Assembly (NCBI GenBank): GCA_040386535.1
Contig: JAZKFH010000038.1
Coordinates: 151,016-215,015 of the forward strand
Length of the DNA stretch: 64,000 nucleotides
Origin: Myxococcota bacterium
Lineage (GTDB): Bacteria; Myxococcota_A; UBA796; SXON01
Direction of reading: 5' to 3'
Shown: in pieces, positions 55,721-64,000 of the stretch
How positions within the stretch are numbered: the first letter of the stretch is position 1
Layout of the letters: the number at the start of each line of letters is the position of its first letter
The notes under the pieces: generated by a model
What the model saw: only the letters and a program-made list of their open reading frames with translations
Told to the model about the DNA's origin: nothing
Databases searched by the model: none
Made by a program: the position numbers and the translations under genes

Positions 55721-58700
55721 CTACACGTCCGCCGAGGTGTCGGCGGGGGGGCGGCGGCGCGCGCCGAGGCGCTGGGCCACGCGCTCGTCGTCCGCGATCA
55801 ACGCGTCGACGTCGAGCTCGCCGAAGCCGTAGACGCCCATGCGCTTGTAGGCGTCCTGCACGCGCGGGCTCCAGAGGCCGATGGACTTGACCACCGGCAC
55901 GATGCGGCGGAACAGCTCGGCGCGGTAGGCGCCCATCTGGCCGGCGTCCTCGATCCAGCGGAGGCACCCCTCGACCGGGAGCCCGAGCCGCTCCCACGCC
56001 TCGCGGCCCGAGAAGCGGTCGCGCAACAGGTAGCTGGCCTCGATGACGAACTCCTCGCGCTCCGCACGCTCCGCGTCCGAGAGCCGCGGGTACAGATCGG
56101 ACAGGAGGAGCTTCCCGAAGCTGACGTGGCGGGCCTCGTCCTCGCACACGTACGCGTGCGCGGTCGCGATGAGCGGGTGCGACGTGTGGTCGCGCACGAG
56201 CGAGAACGCGGCGAGGCCGAGCCCCTCGATCAGCACCTGCATGCCGAGGCAGGTCACGTCCCAGCGGCGGTCGTGGAGGATGTCGTCCAGCAGGCGCTTG
56301 AGCGGGGTCGAGGCCTCGTAGGAGACGCCCACCTTCTCGGTGAGGAGGCGCCCGAAGATCTCGAGGTGGCGGGCCTCGTCGACCACCTGGGTCGCGGCGT
56401 AGAGCCGGGCGGTCGAGGTCGGCGCCTGCGCCACGATGCGGCTCGCGCACAACATCGCGCCCTGCTCGCCCGCGAAGAACTGCGAGAGCTGCCAGCCCTG
56501 GTAGTGCCGCTTCACCTCGACGCGCTCGGACGGCGTGAGCCGGTTCCACACGGGCGAGCCGAAGATGGGGATGTGCTGGTCGGGGAGCGCCTCGGGGTTC
56601 TCCGGATCGAGGTCGAGCGACCAGTCGATGCGCTTCTCCGCGTCCCACTGCCGCGCCTTGGCGCGCGAGTAGAGCCGCAACAGGCGCGCCTCCTCGTCGG
56701 GGAGGCCCGCGGTCCACGGCTGGGCGAGCACGTCGAGGGGCAGCAGCGTGGGGGCGTGGAGGGTGCCGAGGACCTCGGCGCGAGCGGGCTCGGGGAGGCG
56801 GCCATCGCGCAGGGCGCGGTCGATCCAGGGGTCGAGGAGCGAGGCCACCGACGGGCACGTGATCCCGTGGGGGGCGAGCGCCGCGCGGGCGGCGGCGTCC
56901 TCGGCGGGCATCGCGACCGCCATCACGCTCTCGAGCCGTCGCATGAGCTGGGGGGTGACCGCGGAGTAGTAGCCGGCGAACCGGGCGAGGGAGTTGGCCG
57001 GGTCGGTCTTCGGGAGGGCGAGCACGCGCTCGCGCCAGCGCGGGAACGCGGCGGACTCGATGCGCCAGCCGCGCGCGCGGAGCCTGCGGTACAGCTCGCC
57101 CTGCTGGAGCGGCGCGGGGCTCTTCAGGTTGAACGCCCGGTTGGTCGACGCCGGATCGAGCGCGAGCGCGGCGATCGCCTCCGCCACGAAGTCGACCGGC
57201 ACCGCGTCGATCACCTTCTCCACCGCCGGTACCTGCCCAAGGCGGAGGGCGCCCTTCACGAAGGCGAACAGGAGCTGCGCATCCGGATCGAGCTCGGCGC
57301 CCGTACGGGCGTCTCCCGTCACATACGCGGGGCGGTAGATCGTCACGGCCACGCCGCGCGCGCGCGCCTCCTCCATCACCTTCTCCGCGGCGTACTTGCT
57401 CTGGAAGTAGCCGAGCCGGAGCATGTGCCCCTCGGTGAGCGGCGCGGACTCCTCGAACGTCGCGCGGGCCGAGAGGCCGACGGGGTAGACGCCGAGCGAC
57501 GAGACGAAGTGCACCTCGCCGCCGCCGAGGCACGCCATCCGCGCGATCTCCTTGGTGCCGTCTACGTTCGCGGCGGCGAGGCGCGCGAAGGGCAGGCCCC
57601 AGTCGACCTCGGCGCCGCAGTGCACGAGGCGGCCGCAGGTGGTGGCGATGGCGGCGAACGTGGCGGCGTCGAGGCCGAGGCGGGGGAGCTTCAGATCGCC
57701 GGTCACGACGGTGAAGCCGGGATCGACGGAGACGCCCAGCTTCGCCGCGGCCGCGAGCACGCGTGCCTTGCCCGCGTCGGGAGTGGCCGCGCGCACAAGG
57801 CACGTGATGTCCGTGACGCCGCGCCGCTGGAGCGCCGCGAGCAGGTACACGCCCACGAACCCCGTGGCGCCGGTGAGGAACGTGCACGGCCCCGCCGCGG
57901 CGCCCGAGGGGCGGATCGTAGCGTCGAGCTTCGCGGCGCCGTCGAGGTCCGCGCGCTGGAGCACGCCGAGCAGGCCCTCGCCGCTGCCGATCCACGCGGC
58001 GAGCTCGCCGAGGGTCTTGCCGTGGAGCGCCTCGAGCGGCACCTCCGTGCCCATGTGCTCCTCGAGCACCCCGGCCAGCTGCACCGCGGCGACCGAGTCG
58101 AGGCCGAGGTCGGCGAGCGTCGCCTCCGCGCGGAGGGCCTCCGGGGCGATCTTCCCCTCGTCACGGAGCCAGTCGGCGAGCCAGACCGGCAGGCCCGCGG
58201 GGTTCTTCGGGGCCCGGCCGGCGCGCTTGAGCGGCACCAGCGTGCCCTGCTCCCACGCGAGCTTCGCGGCGTGGCGCTGGATCTTGCCGGAGGAGGTCTT
58301 GGGCGCGGTGCGGGGCCCCACGAGCGCGATGCCGTGGGCCTGCAGGGCGTGCTCCGCGGAGAGGACGCCGCGGATGGCCGCCTCCACCAAGTCGAGCTGG
58401 TCGGCGGCGCCCTCGATCTCCGCGACGATGCCGACGCCCTCGGCGCCGTCCTCTTCCAGTGCGAAGGCGGCCACGCAGCCCGGCCGGATCGCCGGGTGGG
58501 CGCCCTCGACCGTGCGCTCCAGGTCCTGCGGGTAGTGGTTCTTGCCGTGGACGATGATCACGTCCTTGATGCGCCCGGCGACGTGCAACGCGCCCGCGTG
58601 CAGAAAGCCGAGGTCGCCCGTGCGGAGCCAGCCGCGCTCGCTGTCCACGACGGCGTCGAACGTGTGCGCGCTCGCGTCGGGGCGGTCCCAGTAGCCGCCG

Positions 58701-59947
58701 GCCACGGAGGGCCCGCGCACCCGGATCTCGCCCACGCCGTCGGGCGGGAGGCGCTGCCCGGTCGTCGGGTCGACGATGGCGATCTCGGTGGAGAAGGCGG
58801 CGGGGCCGCAGCTGACGATCTCGCGGGCGGTGCCGGTGCCATCGGTGTCGTCGGATCGCTGAACGTGGCGGTCGGAGAGGGCGGCGCCGTCGAAGGTGGA
58901 GACGAGGGCGCCGGCCTCGGGCACCGGCGCGCTCACCATGAGCGTCGCCTCCGCGAGGCCGTACGTCGGGTAGAAGGCGCTTGCCCGGAAGCCCGCGGGC
59001 GCGAACACCTCGGCGAAGCGACGGAGGGTCTCCGCGCGCACCGGCTCGGCGCCCGAGTACGCGATGCGCCAGCGCGACAGATCGAGCGCCGCGAGCTCCG
59101 TCGGCGTCACCTTCTTCGCGCACAGGGCGTAGGCGAAGTCGGGCCCGCCGGAGATGGTCGCCCGGAAGTGGGACACGGCGCGCAGCCAGCGGAGCGGCTT
59201 GCGCAGAAAATCGAGCGGCGACATCAGCGTGATCGGCCGGGCGAACCACACCGGCTGGAGCACGTTGCCGATGAGCCCCATGTCGTGGAACAAGGGGAGC
59301 CACGACACCCCGCCGTCCGTGTCGTCCGGGAGGGGCACGCCCGCCGCGATGGACCGGTGGTTCGCGAGCAGGTTGCCGTGGGAGATCATCACCCCCTTGG
59401 GCGTGCCGGTGGAGCCCGAGGTGTACTGGAGGAACGCCAGATCCGCTGTGGTGAGGGGCGGGGCCCGCCAGTCGGGGGCCTGGGCGAGATCGACCGTGTC
59501 GGTCACGACCGCCTCGAGCACGGCGAGCTCGGGGGCGAGGGCGGCGAGCCCGTCGGCGAGCATCGCGACGAACGAGTTGGTGAGCAGCGCGGCGGGCCGC
59601 GCGTCGCGCACGATCGCCAGCAGCCGCGGCAACGACGCCTCCAGCCGCGTCGGATCCGGCGGGTACGCGGGCACGGCGATGACGCCGGCGTAGACGCACC
59701 CGAAGAAGGCCGCGACGAAGTCCAAGCCGGGCGGGAACAGCAGCAGCGCGCGCTCGCCGCGGAGGCCGCGCTCCGTCAGCGTGGCGGCGATGGCGGCGGC
59801 GCGGGTGTGGACCTGCGCGAAGGTCCAGGTCTCGACGGGCCCGTCGGCCTCGCCGGTGGGCAGCCAGCGGAACGCGAGCGCGTCGGGCGTGGACTCGGCG
59901 CGGCGGACGAGGAGCTCGACAAGGGTACGGCAGGTGGTCGGATCCAC
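55721..59947 (-). CDS. Fusion enzyme: fatty acyl-AMP ligase - ACP - thioester reductase (SDR) - ferritin-like di-iron domain
   Basis: FAAL: LQYTSGSTGTPKG, WLPLFHDMGLIG, YGLAEATL, RTGDLGF, PKTSSGKIQR. ACP: LGLDS (Ser618). Reductase: TGATGFVG, YFQSK. Di-iron: E1161, DEARH, E1241, DEARH. Confidence 0.93.
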   Translation of the reverse strand: MDPTTCRTLVELLVRRAESTPDALAFRWLPTGEADGPVETWTFAQVHTRAAAIAATLTERGLRGERALLLFPPGLDFVAAFFGCVYAGVIAVPAYPPDPTRLEASLPRLLAIVRDARPAALLTNSFVAMLADGLAALAPELAVLEAVVTDTVDLAQAPDWRAPPLTTADLAFLQYTSGSTGTPKGVMISHGNLLANHRSIAAGVPLPDDTDGGVSWLPLFHDMGLIGNVLQPVWFARPITLMSPLDFLRKPLRWLRAVSHFRATISGGPDFAYALCAKKVTPTELAALDLSRWRIAYSGAEPVRAETLRRFAEVFAPAGFRASAFYPTYGLAEATLMVSAPVPEAGALVSTFDGAALSDRHVQRSDDTDGTGTAREIVSCGPAAFSTEIAIVDPTTGQRLPPDGVGEIRVRGPSVAGGYWDRPDASAHTFDAVVDSERGWLRTGDLGFLHAGALHVAGRIKDVIIVHGKNHYPQDLERTVEGAHPAIRPGCVAAFALEEDGAEGVGIVAEIEGAADQLDLVEAAIRGVLSAEHALQAHGIALVGPRTAPKTSSGKIQRHAAKLAWEQGTLVPLKRAGRAPKNPAGLPVWLADWLRDEGKIAPEALRAEATLADLGLDSVAAVQLAGVLEEHMGTEVPLEALHGKTLGELAAWIGSGEGLLGVLQRADLDGAAKLDATIRPSGAAAGPCTFLTGATGFVGVYLLAALQRRGVTDITCLVRAATPDAGKARVLAAAAKLGVSVDPGFTVVTGDLKLPRLGLDAATFAAIATTCGRLVHCGAEVDWGLPFARLAAANVDGTKEIARMACLGGGEVHFVSSLGVYPVGLSARATFEESAPLTEGHMLRLGYFQSKYAAEKVMEEARARGVAVTIYRPAYVTGDARTGAELDPDAQLLFAFVKGALRLGQVPAVEKVIDAVPVDFVAEAIAALALDPASTNRAFNLKSPAPLQQGELYRRLRARGWRIESAAFPRWRERVLALPKTDPANSLARFAGYYSAVTPQLMRRLESVMAVAMPAEDAAARAALAPHGITCPSVASLLDPWIDRALRDGRLPEPARAEVLGTLHAPTLLPLDVLAQPWTAGLPDEEARLLRLYSRAKARQWDAEKRIDWSLDLDPENPEALPDQHIPIFGSPVWNRLTPSERVEVKRHYQGWQLSQFFAGEQGAMLCASRIVAQAPTSTARLYAATQVVDEARHLEIFGRLLTEKVGVSYEASTPLKRLLDDILHDRRWDVTCLGMQVLIEGLGLAAFSLVRDHTSHPLIATAHAYVCEDEARHVSFGKLLLSDLYPRLSDAERAEREEFVIEASYLLRDRFSGREAWERLGLPVEGCLRWIEDAGQMGAYRAELFRRIVPVVKSIGLWSPRVQDAYKRMGVYGFGELDVDALIADDERVAQRLGARRRPPADTSADV

Positions 59948-60049
59948 GGGGCCTCGATTTGGGCCGCCTGTGTACCCGAGCTCATCCGTGGGGTCGATTA
60001 CGGTCCGTTTCAGGCCCTGGCAGCCCGCGGCGGGGAGCGGCCGGGACCG

Positions 60050-61036
60050 TCAATAAACGCGGAGCAGCCACACTTCGCCCTTCTCGACGCGCCACAGGCC
60101 GTAGTCGCTCGAGACGAGGAGCGGCAGGTCGTACATCAGCGAGGCGAAGACGTGCGCTTCGGTCGGGGTCGGCAGCACCGAGGTGACGAACATCCCCGTC
60201 GTCGTGGCGCCCGCGGGCAGGTCGACGTTCTTGTTGGTGATCGGCCCGTTCCCGTAGAACATCGGCTTGCCGATGTCCTCGGTGCCGGGCTCGACCGTGT
60301 ACACGACCCACCCGCTCACGAGCCGCAGATCGGGGTCGGGGGTGGAGGGGATGAGGTACACGCGGAGCATGTCCTCCTGGCCGAAGTCGGCGGAGGAGAA
60401 GACGACCGTGTTGTAGCTGGGCCAGGGCAGCGCGGGCGCGTGGGCGATCACGTCGCGGAGAACGCGGACGCGGCGGGCCATGCTCGCGTCGAGCGGGGCG
60501 GGCTCGGGCATCGTGACCGTGAAGGAGTCCAAGGTGTCGGGGACACCGGCCGCCATGTCCACCACGGCGCCGTTCGGGTCGGTGAACACGAAGTTCGGTT
60601 GGAACCCGGAGCGCCCGTCCGTGGACCAGCCCCCCTTGACCGTGAGCCACGCCATGGGCGTGTCGTCGACCCACGCCGGGAACGACACGTCGATGCAGCA
60701 CTGCTTGGCTACGTCCTCGGGGACGGGCCGCGCGAGGTACACCTTGGCCCACCGCTCGTCCTTCTGGGCCCACGGCGCCAGGATGTCGGAGCCGTGCGCC
60801 GTGGCCATGTCCATCCGGTACAGCCACAGGCCGAGGAACCGCATCGCCTCGACGAAGCCCGCCATCTCCGCCTCGACCGCGAGGCCCTTTCGCCCGCCGT
60901 CCTCCCACGCCTTCAGGGTAGCCATCGCCTCCTGGCCGCGCTGCTGCACGGAGGCGGGGGTGCCTTGTGTGGCGGGCGCGGGGTGGCGTGCCGCGCAGCC
61001 CCCGAGCAGGAGGAGGGCGAGGAGGATCCTGGACAT
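60050..61036 (-). CDS. Hypothetical lipoprotein
   Basis: MSRILLALLLLGGC lipobox; 328 aa. Confidence 0.75.
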   Translation of the reverse strand: MSRILLALLLLGGCAARHPAPATQGTPASVQQRGQEAMATLKAWEDGGRKGLAVEAEMAGFVEAMRFLGLWLYRMDMATAHGSDILAPWAQKDERWAKVYLARPVPEDVAKQCCIDVSFPAWVDDTPMAWLTVKGGWSTDGRSGFQPNFVFTDPNGAVVDMAAGVPDTLDSFTVTMPEPAPLDASMARRVRVLRDVIAHAPALPWPSYNTVVFSSADFGQEDMLRVYLIPSTPDPDLRLVSGWVVYTVEPGTEDIGKPMFYGNGPITNKNVDLPAGATTTGMFVTSVLPTPTEAHVFASLMYDLPLLVSSDYGLWRVEKGEVWLLRVY

Positions 61037-61068
61037 CGGGCACCTGGGGTCGGTGGGGGGCTAACCGT

Positions 61069-61869
61069 TCAGGGCTGGCGTCGCGACCGGGCGTAGGCCT
61101 CCTCGGCAGCCGCGGCGGCGTGGGCACCCAACGCTTCCAGCCGCGCGAGGCAGGGCCGGCCCGAGGCGCGCCAAACCTCGCCGTAGCTGGGGTAGCGGTC
61201 CACGTCGTAGCCCCCGTCCCAGTCGGGGGCGTACTGGCCCTCGTACCAGGCGCGCAGCGCCGCCTCCGTGACATCGGTGCGGTCGACCGGATCGGCTACG
61301 TAGTCGATACGCCACTGCCGACGATCCCGGCCGCCCCAGCTCGCGTGGTACAGGTGCTCGTCGAACGCGATGATGTCCCCCGGCTCGGTGGGGATGGGGA
61401 GGCCGGGGAGCGTGGCATCGGGGTGGTCGGCGAGGAAACGTGCCACGGCTGCGCCCAACTCGGGGCGGTGGGAGCCCGGCACCACGCGGAGCGCGCCGTT
61501 GCTCGCGTCGAGGGGCTCCAGGTACGCCGCGAGGCCCACGCTGGCGACGTCCTGGGCGCTGTCGACGTGCCACCCGGCGGCCCCGTGGTACAGCACCCCC
61601 TTGGCCCGGCTGGGCAGCACGGGCGCGCCCAGCAGCGCGGCCGCGGGCGCCGCCAGTTGGTCGAGCAGCGAGAGGCTCACGGGGGTGTGCGCCTCCGCCA
61701 TCATCGGCACGTACCGGGCGCCGATGGCACCGCCGGCCACGTCGAACCGCACGGATACGCCGTCGCGCAGGGCGCGATCGAGCTCCGCCGAAAGCGGGCC
61801 CGGGTCGAACGCGCCGCGGAGGACGACGAAGCCGAAGGTGTGAAAGTGGGCGCGGTCCGCGGGGGTCAT
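61069..61869 (-). CDS. Phytanoyl-CoA dioxygenase (PhyH) family Fe(II)/2OG oxygenase
   Basis: FHTFGFVVLRG, WHVD (HxD), NGALRVVPGSH, PGDIIAF...YHAS...RR. Confidence 0.88.
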   Translation of the reverse strand: MTPADRAHFHTFGFVVLRGAFDPGPLSAELDRALRDGVSVRFDVAGGAIGARYVPMMAEAHTPVSLSLLDQLAAPAAALLGAPVLPSRAKGVLYHGAAGWHVDSAQDVASVGLAAYLEPLDASNGALRVVPGSHRPELGAAVARFLADHPDATLPGLPIPTEPGDIIAFDEHLYHASWGGRDRRQWRIDYVADPVDRTDVTEAALRAWYEGQYAPDWDGGYDVDRYPSYGEVWRASGRPCLARLEALGAHAAAAAEEAYARSRRQP

Positions 61870-61946
61870 GCGGACGTCTACCTCGGGGCCGGAGCCGGAG
61901 GCGACTGGGCACGGAACGCCGGCGGGGCGCGGGTTACGCGCGTCGC

Positions 61947-62663
61947 ATGCCGAAGCTCCTCGTGAAGTTCGACTCGCAGCGCAACCTCGTGTTCAAGCTC
62001 CCCGAGGGCGAGACCGTGCTCGGGCGCGGCGACGAGGCGGATCTCGTGCTCCCGAACGTGTCGGTGAGCCGACGCCATGCCAAGGTGACCGTGACCGGCC
62101 GCGAAGCCGTGCTCGAAGATCTCGAGAGCCAGAACGGCACCGAGGTGAACGGCGTCACGTCGCTCAAGCAGGTGCTCAAGACCAAGGACGTGATCAAGCT
62201 CGGCCGCTTCACCCTCGTCTTCCTGGGCGACACCCCGGACGACCGCTTCTACGACGGCCGCTGCGTCGACTACCTGGCGCCCTACGCGCCCGCCGCGCCC
62301 ATCGGCCAGGGCGTGGACGAGACCTTCATGATGTCGAAGGAGGCGCTCAAGGCGCTCACCGCCAAGCCGCCGCTCTCCGAGACCGGCCGCATCGTGAGCG
62401 AGAAGGACCGCCGCCGCTTCTGGTACCCCGAGACCCGCTCGTTGAGCTTCGGCGCCGGCGTGATGATCGACACCCCCGCCTGGTACGTGTTCGGCAAGGT
62501 GGCCGAGGTCGTGTGGGACGGCAAGGCGCACATCGTGTGGAAACGCGCGTTCTGGGTGCCGCTCACCGTGAACGGTCAGGGCGTGAGCGCCCGGCCGCTC
62601 AAGGCGGGGGATCGGCTCGTGATCGCGAACAGCCGGTTCCGGTACGAGGTGGTGGAGGGGTAG
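61947..62663 (+). CDS. FHA domain protein with a second degenerate FHA-like domain
   Basis: LGR...VSRRHA...DLESQNGTEVNG; C-terminal VNGQ...LKAGDRLVIA. Confidence 0.9.
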   Translation: MPKLLVKFDSQRNLVFKLPEGETVLGRGDEADLVLPNVSVSRRHAKVTVTGREAVLEDLESQNGTEVNGVTSLKQVLKTKDVIKLGRFTLVFLGDTPDDRFYDGRCVDYLAPYAPAAPIGQGVDETFMMSKEALKALTAKPPLSETGRIVSEKDRRRFWYPETRSLSFGAGVMIDTPAWYVFGKVAEVVWDGKAHIVWKRAFWVPLTVNGQGVSARPLKAGDRLVIANSRFRYEVVEG

Positions 62664-62724
62664 GGCGTCCGGGCGCGACCCCGCCCGAGCGCGGGGCCGC
62701 CACCCTCCAGGCTCGGCCTGCGGC

Positions 62725-62775
62725 CTCGGCTGGGGGCTCCCGCCGCCTCGCGGCCGGCGGGAGCCCCCGAGCCGC
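62725..62775. repeat. Strong GC hairpin between FHA and HNH genes
   Basis: GGGGGCTCCCGCCG ... CGGCGGGAGCCCCC inverted repeat. Confidence 0.55.
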
Positions 62776-62899
62776 GGCTCCCGATGGTCGCCGCGCCTTT
62801 CGGTCGGCTCGCGCGGGGGACTCGGCTTTGACCGCCGCCGGGTGTGCTGGCGAACGTTTGTGCGTGCGCGCTCGGACCGCGCCTGGCATACTCGTGCGC

Positions 62900-63838
62900 A
62901 TGCCCTCCGAAGATCGTGACGTTGCACTCCGCACAGCGGCGTTGCGACGCGTGCTCGCGCTTCAGCACCGATATGACAACGAGATTCCGTGGTCGGCGAT
63001 CATGGAGGGGTTCGAGTTCGACGGGGGCCGCCAACCTCTCTCGAGCAAGGCGGAAGGCATCTACAAGCCGAAGGGGCACCCCCTCGTTCTGACAGTCAAG
63101 ACCACAATGCCGCGCACGGGTCGCACCAACCCCTACTCCGATGAGCTGGACGCGACCGGAACGCTGATCCGCTACTCGTACAAGAGCGTGAACGGCTCGG
63201 TGGAGAACGCGGCGAACGCCGCCCTGCGCCTGACCATGCGGTTGAACCTCCCGATCGTCTACTTCTGCGCCCTCGCGCCCGCGGTCTATGCGGCAATTGC
63301 ACCTGTCTTCGTCGTTCAAGACAATCCGAGCGCACGGGAATTCCTCCTCGCCCCCGGCACGGTCCTGGCGGACCAGGAAGTGCCGACCCATGTACACACC
63401 TTCGTCACGTCGCCCCCCGACAAGCGGTACGTGGCGCGAATCGTTCTCCAGCGCGTTCATCAGCGAGCGTTCCGCAACCAGGTGCTGACCGCCTACCAAC
63501 ATCATTGTGCGATGTGCAGCATCCACTTCGAGGAGTTTCTCGAGGCTGCCCACATCGTGCCAGACAATCACGCGCTGGGTGTACCGGAGGTGTCGAACGG
63601 CCTCTCGCTGTGCGGGCTCCACCACAAGGCGTTCGATCGCTTCCTCGTTGATGTGGACGATGACTACCGCGTTCGGATCAGCCCCGAGCTGCTCTCCAGA
63701 CGTAACGGACCACTCTTCAGGCAGGCGTTCCTCGAGCGCGAAGGTGAGCCGATAAATCTCCCGAATCTACCGCTGCTCCATCCCTCGGTCGAGCGACTTC
63801 GGCAGCGCCGAGCAATTCGTGCGGAGGCGACGCTGTAG
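62900..63838 (+). CDS. HNH endonuclease with N-terminal SRA-like domain (putative modification-dependent restriction nuclease)
   Basis: RVHQRAFR...CAMC...LEAAHIVPD...NGLSLCGLHHKAFD; N-terminal GIYKP...PYSDE...YSY...NAALR...PIVYF; lower GC. Confidence 0.85.
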   Translation: MPSEDRDVALRTAALRRVLALQHRYDNEIPWSAIMEGFEFDGGRQPLSSKAEGIYKPKGHPLVLTVKTTMPRTGRTNPYSDELDATGTLIRYSYKSVNGSVENAANAALRLTMRLNLPIVYFCALAPAVYAAIAPVFVVQDNPSAREFLLAPGTVLADQEVPTHVHTFVTSPPDKRYVARIVLQRVHQRAFRNQVLTAYQHHCAMCSIHFEEFLEAAHIVPDNHALGVPEVSNGLSLCGLHHKAFDRFLVDVDDDYRVRISPELLSRRNGPLFRQAFLEREGEPINLPNLPLLHPSVERLRQRRAIRAEATL

Positions 63839-64000
63839 CCGTTCGTGGTGTTTTCCGCGCTCTCGGTTTGGGACGGCGGGGAGGTGGCGGACGAAGTCGG
63901 GGGGGTGTTCCACTTCAGTCGGCGGGCCAGCGCCAAGCCCGCCCCGCGGACCGGAGTCGAGAGATGCTCGGTCATCGGCCGACCCCGGTCCTCCCAGGCG

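Noticed and set aside
55391..61096. 1901-aa plus-strand ORF
   Set aside because: Antisense shadow of the FAAL fusion and its neighbours; no motifs, and long stop-free reverse frames are expected at this GC content
8923..63838. Long N-terminal extensions in the ORF track (e.g. 8923, 23647, 36398, 51137, 55624, 61868)
   Set aside because: They overlap real upstream genes in another frame; starts were reassigned to internal ATG/GTG codons with RBS or stop-start overlaps, so they are not fusions or programmed frameshifts
1..64000. tRNA, rRNA, prophage or transposase genes
   Set aside because: No cloverleaf or T-loop signatures, rRNA-like tracts, phage structural genes or DDE/HUH motifs recognised

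Overview
Very GC-rich window from a Myxococcota-like bacterium, inferred from MYXO-CTERM sorting tails, an MXAN_6640-type protease, and many lipoproteins with FG-GAP or MopE-like repeats. I call about 55 protein genes. I see no rRNA, tRNA, CRISPR array, integrase or transposase. The main finding is a compact minus-strand lipid operon at 53579-59947. It encodes a 1408-aa polypeptide that fuses a fatty acyl-AMP ligase, an ACP, a thioester reductase and a complete ferritin-like di-iron domain, followed by a PAPS-type sulfotransferase and a membrane His-box desaturase. An aryl-sulfate sulfotransferase converges on its 3' end, and a Fe/2OG dioxygenase lies upstream. Other notable items: three ATP-grasp paralogs around a MYXO-CTERM protein; a surface protease/HmuY cluster; an SRA-like-HNH nuclease; an orphan SMI1/KNR4 gene between direct repeats; several families of intergenic palindromic repeats (a 247-bp element present twice, a 181-bp element with 30-bp inverted ends, a 3x51-bp hairpin array, and a conserved-flank/variable-stem family); and a helically phased operator-like array. 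All functions are read from motifs by eye; no database search was run.
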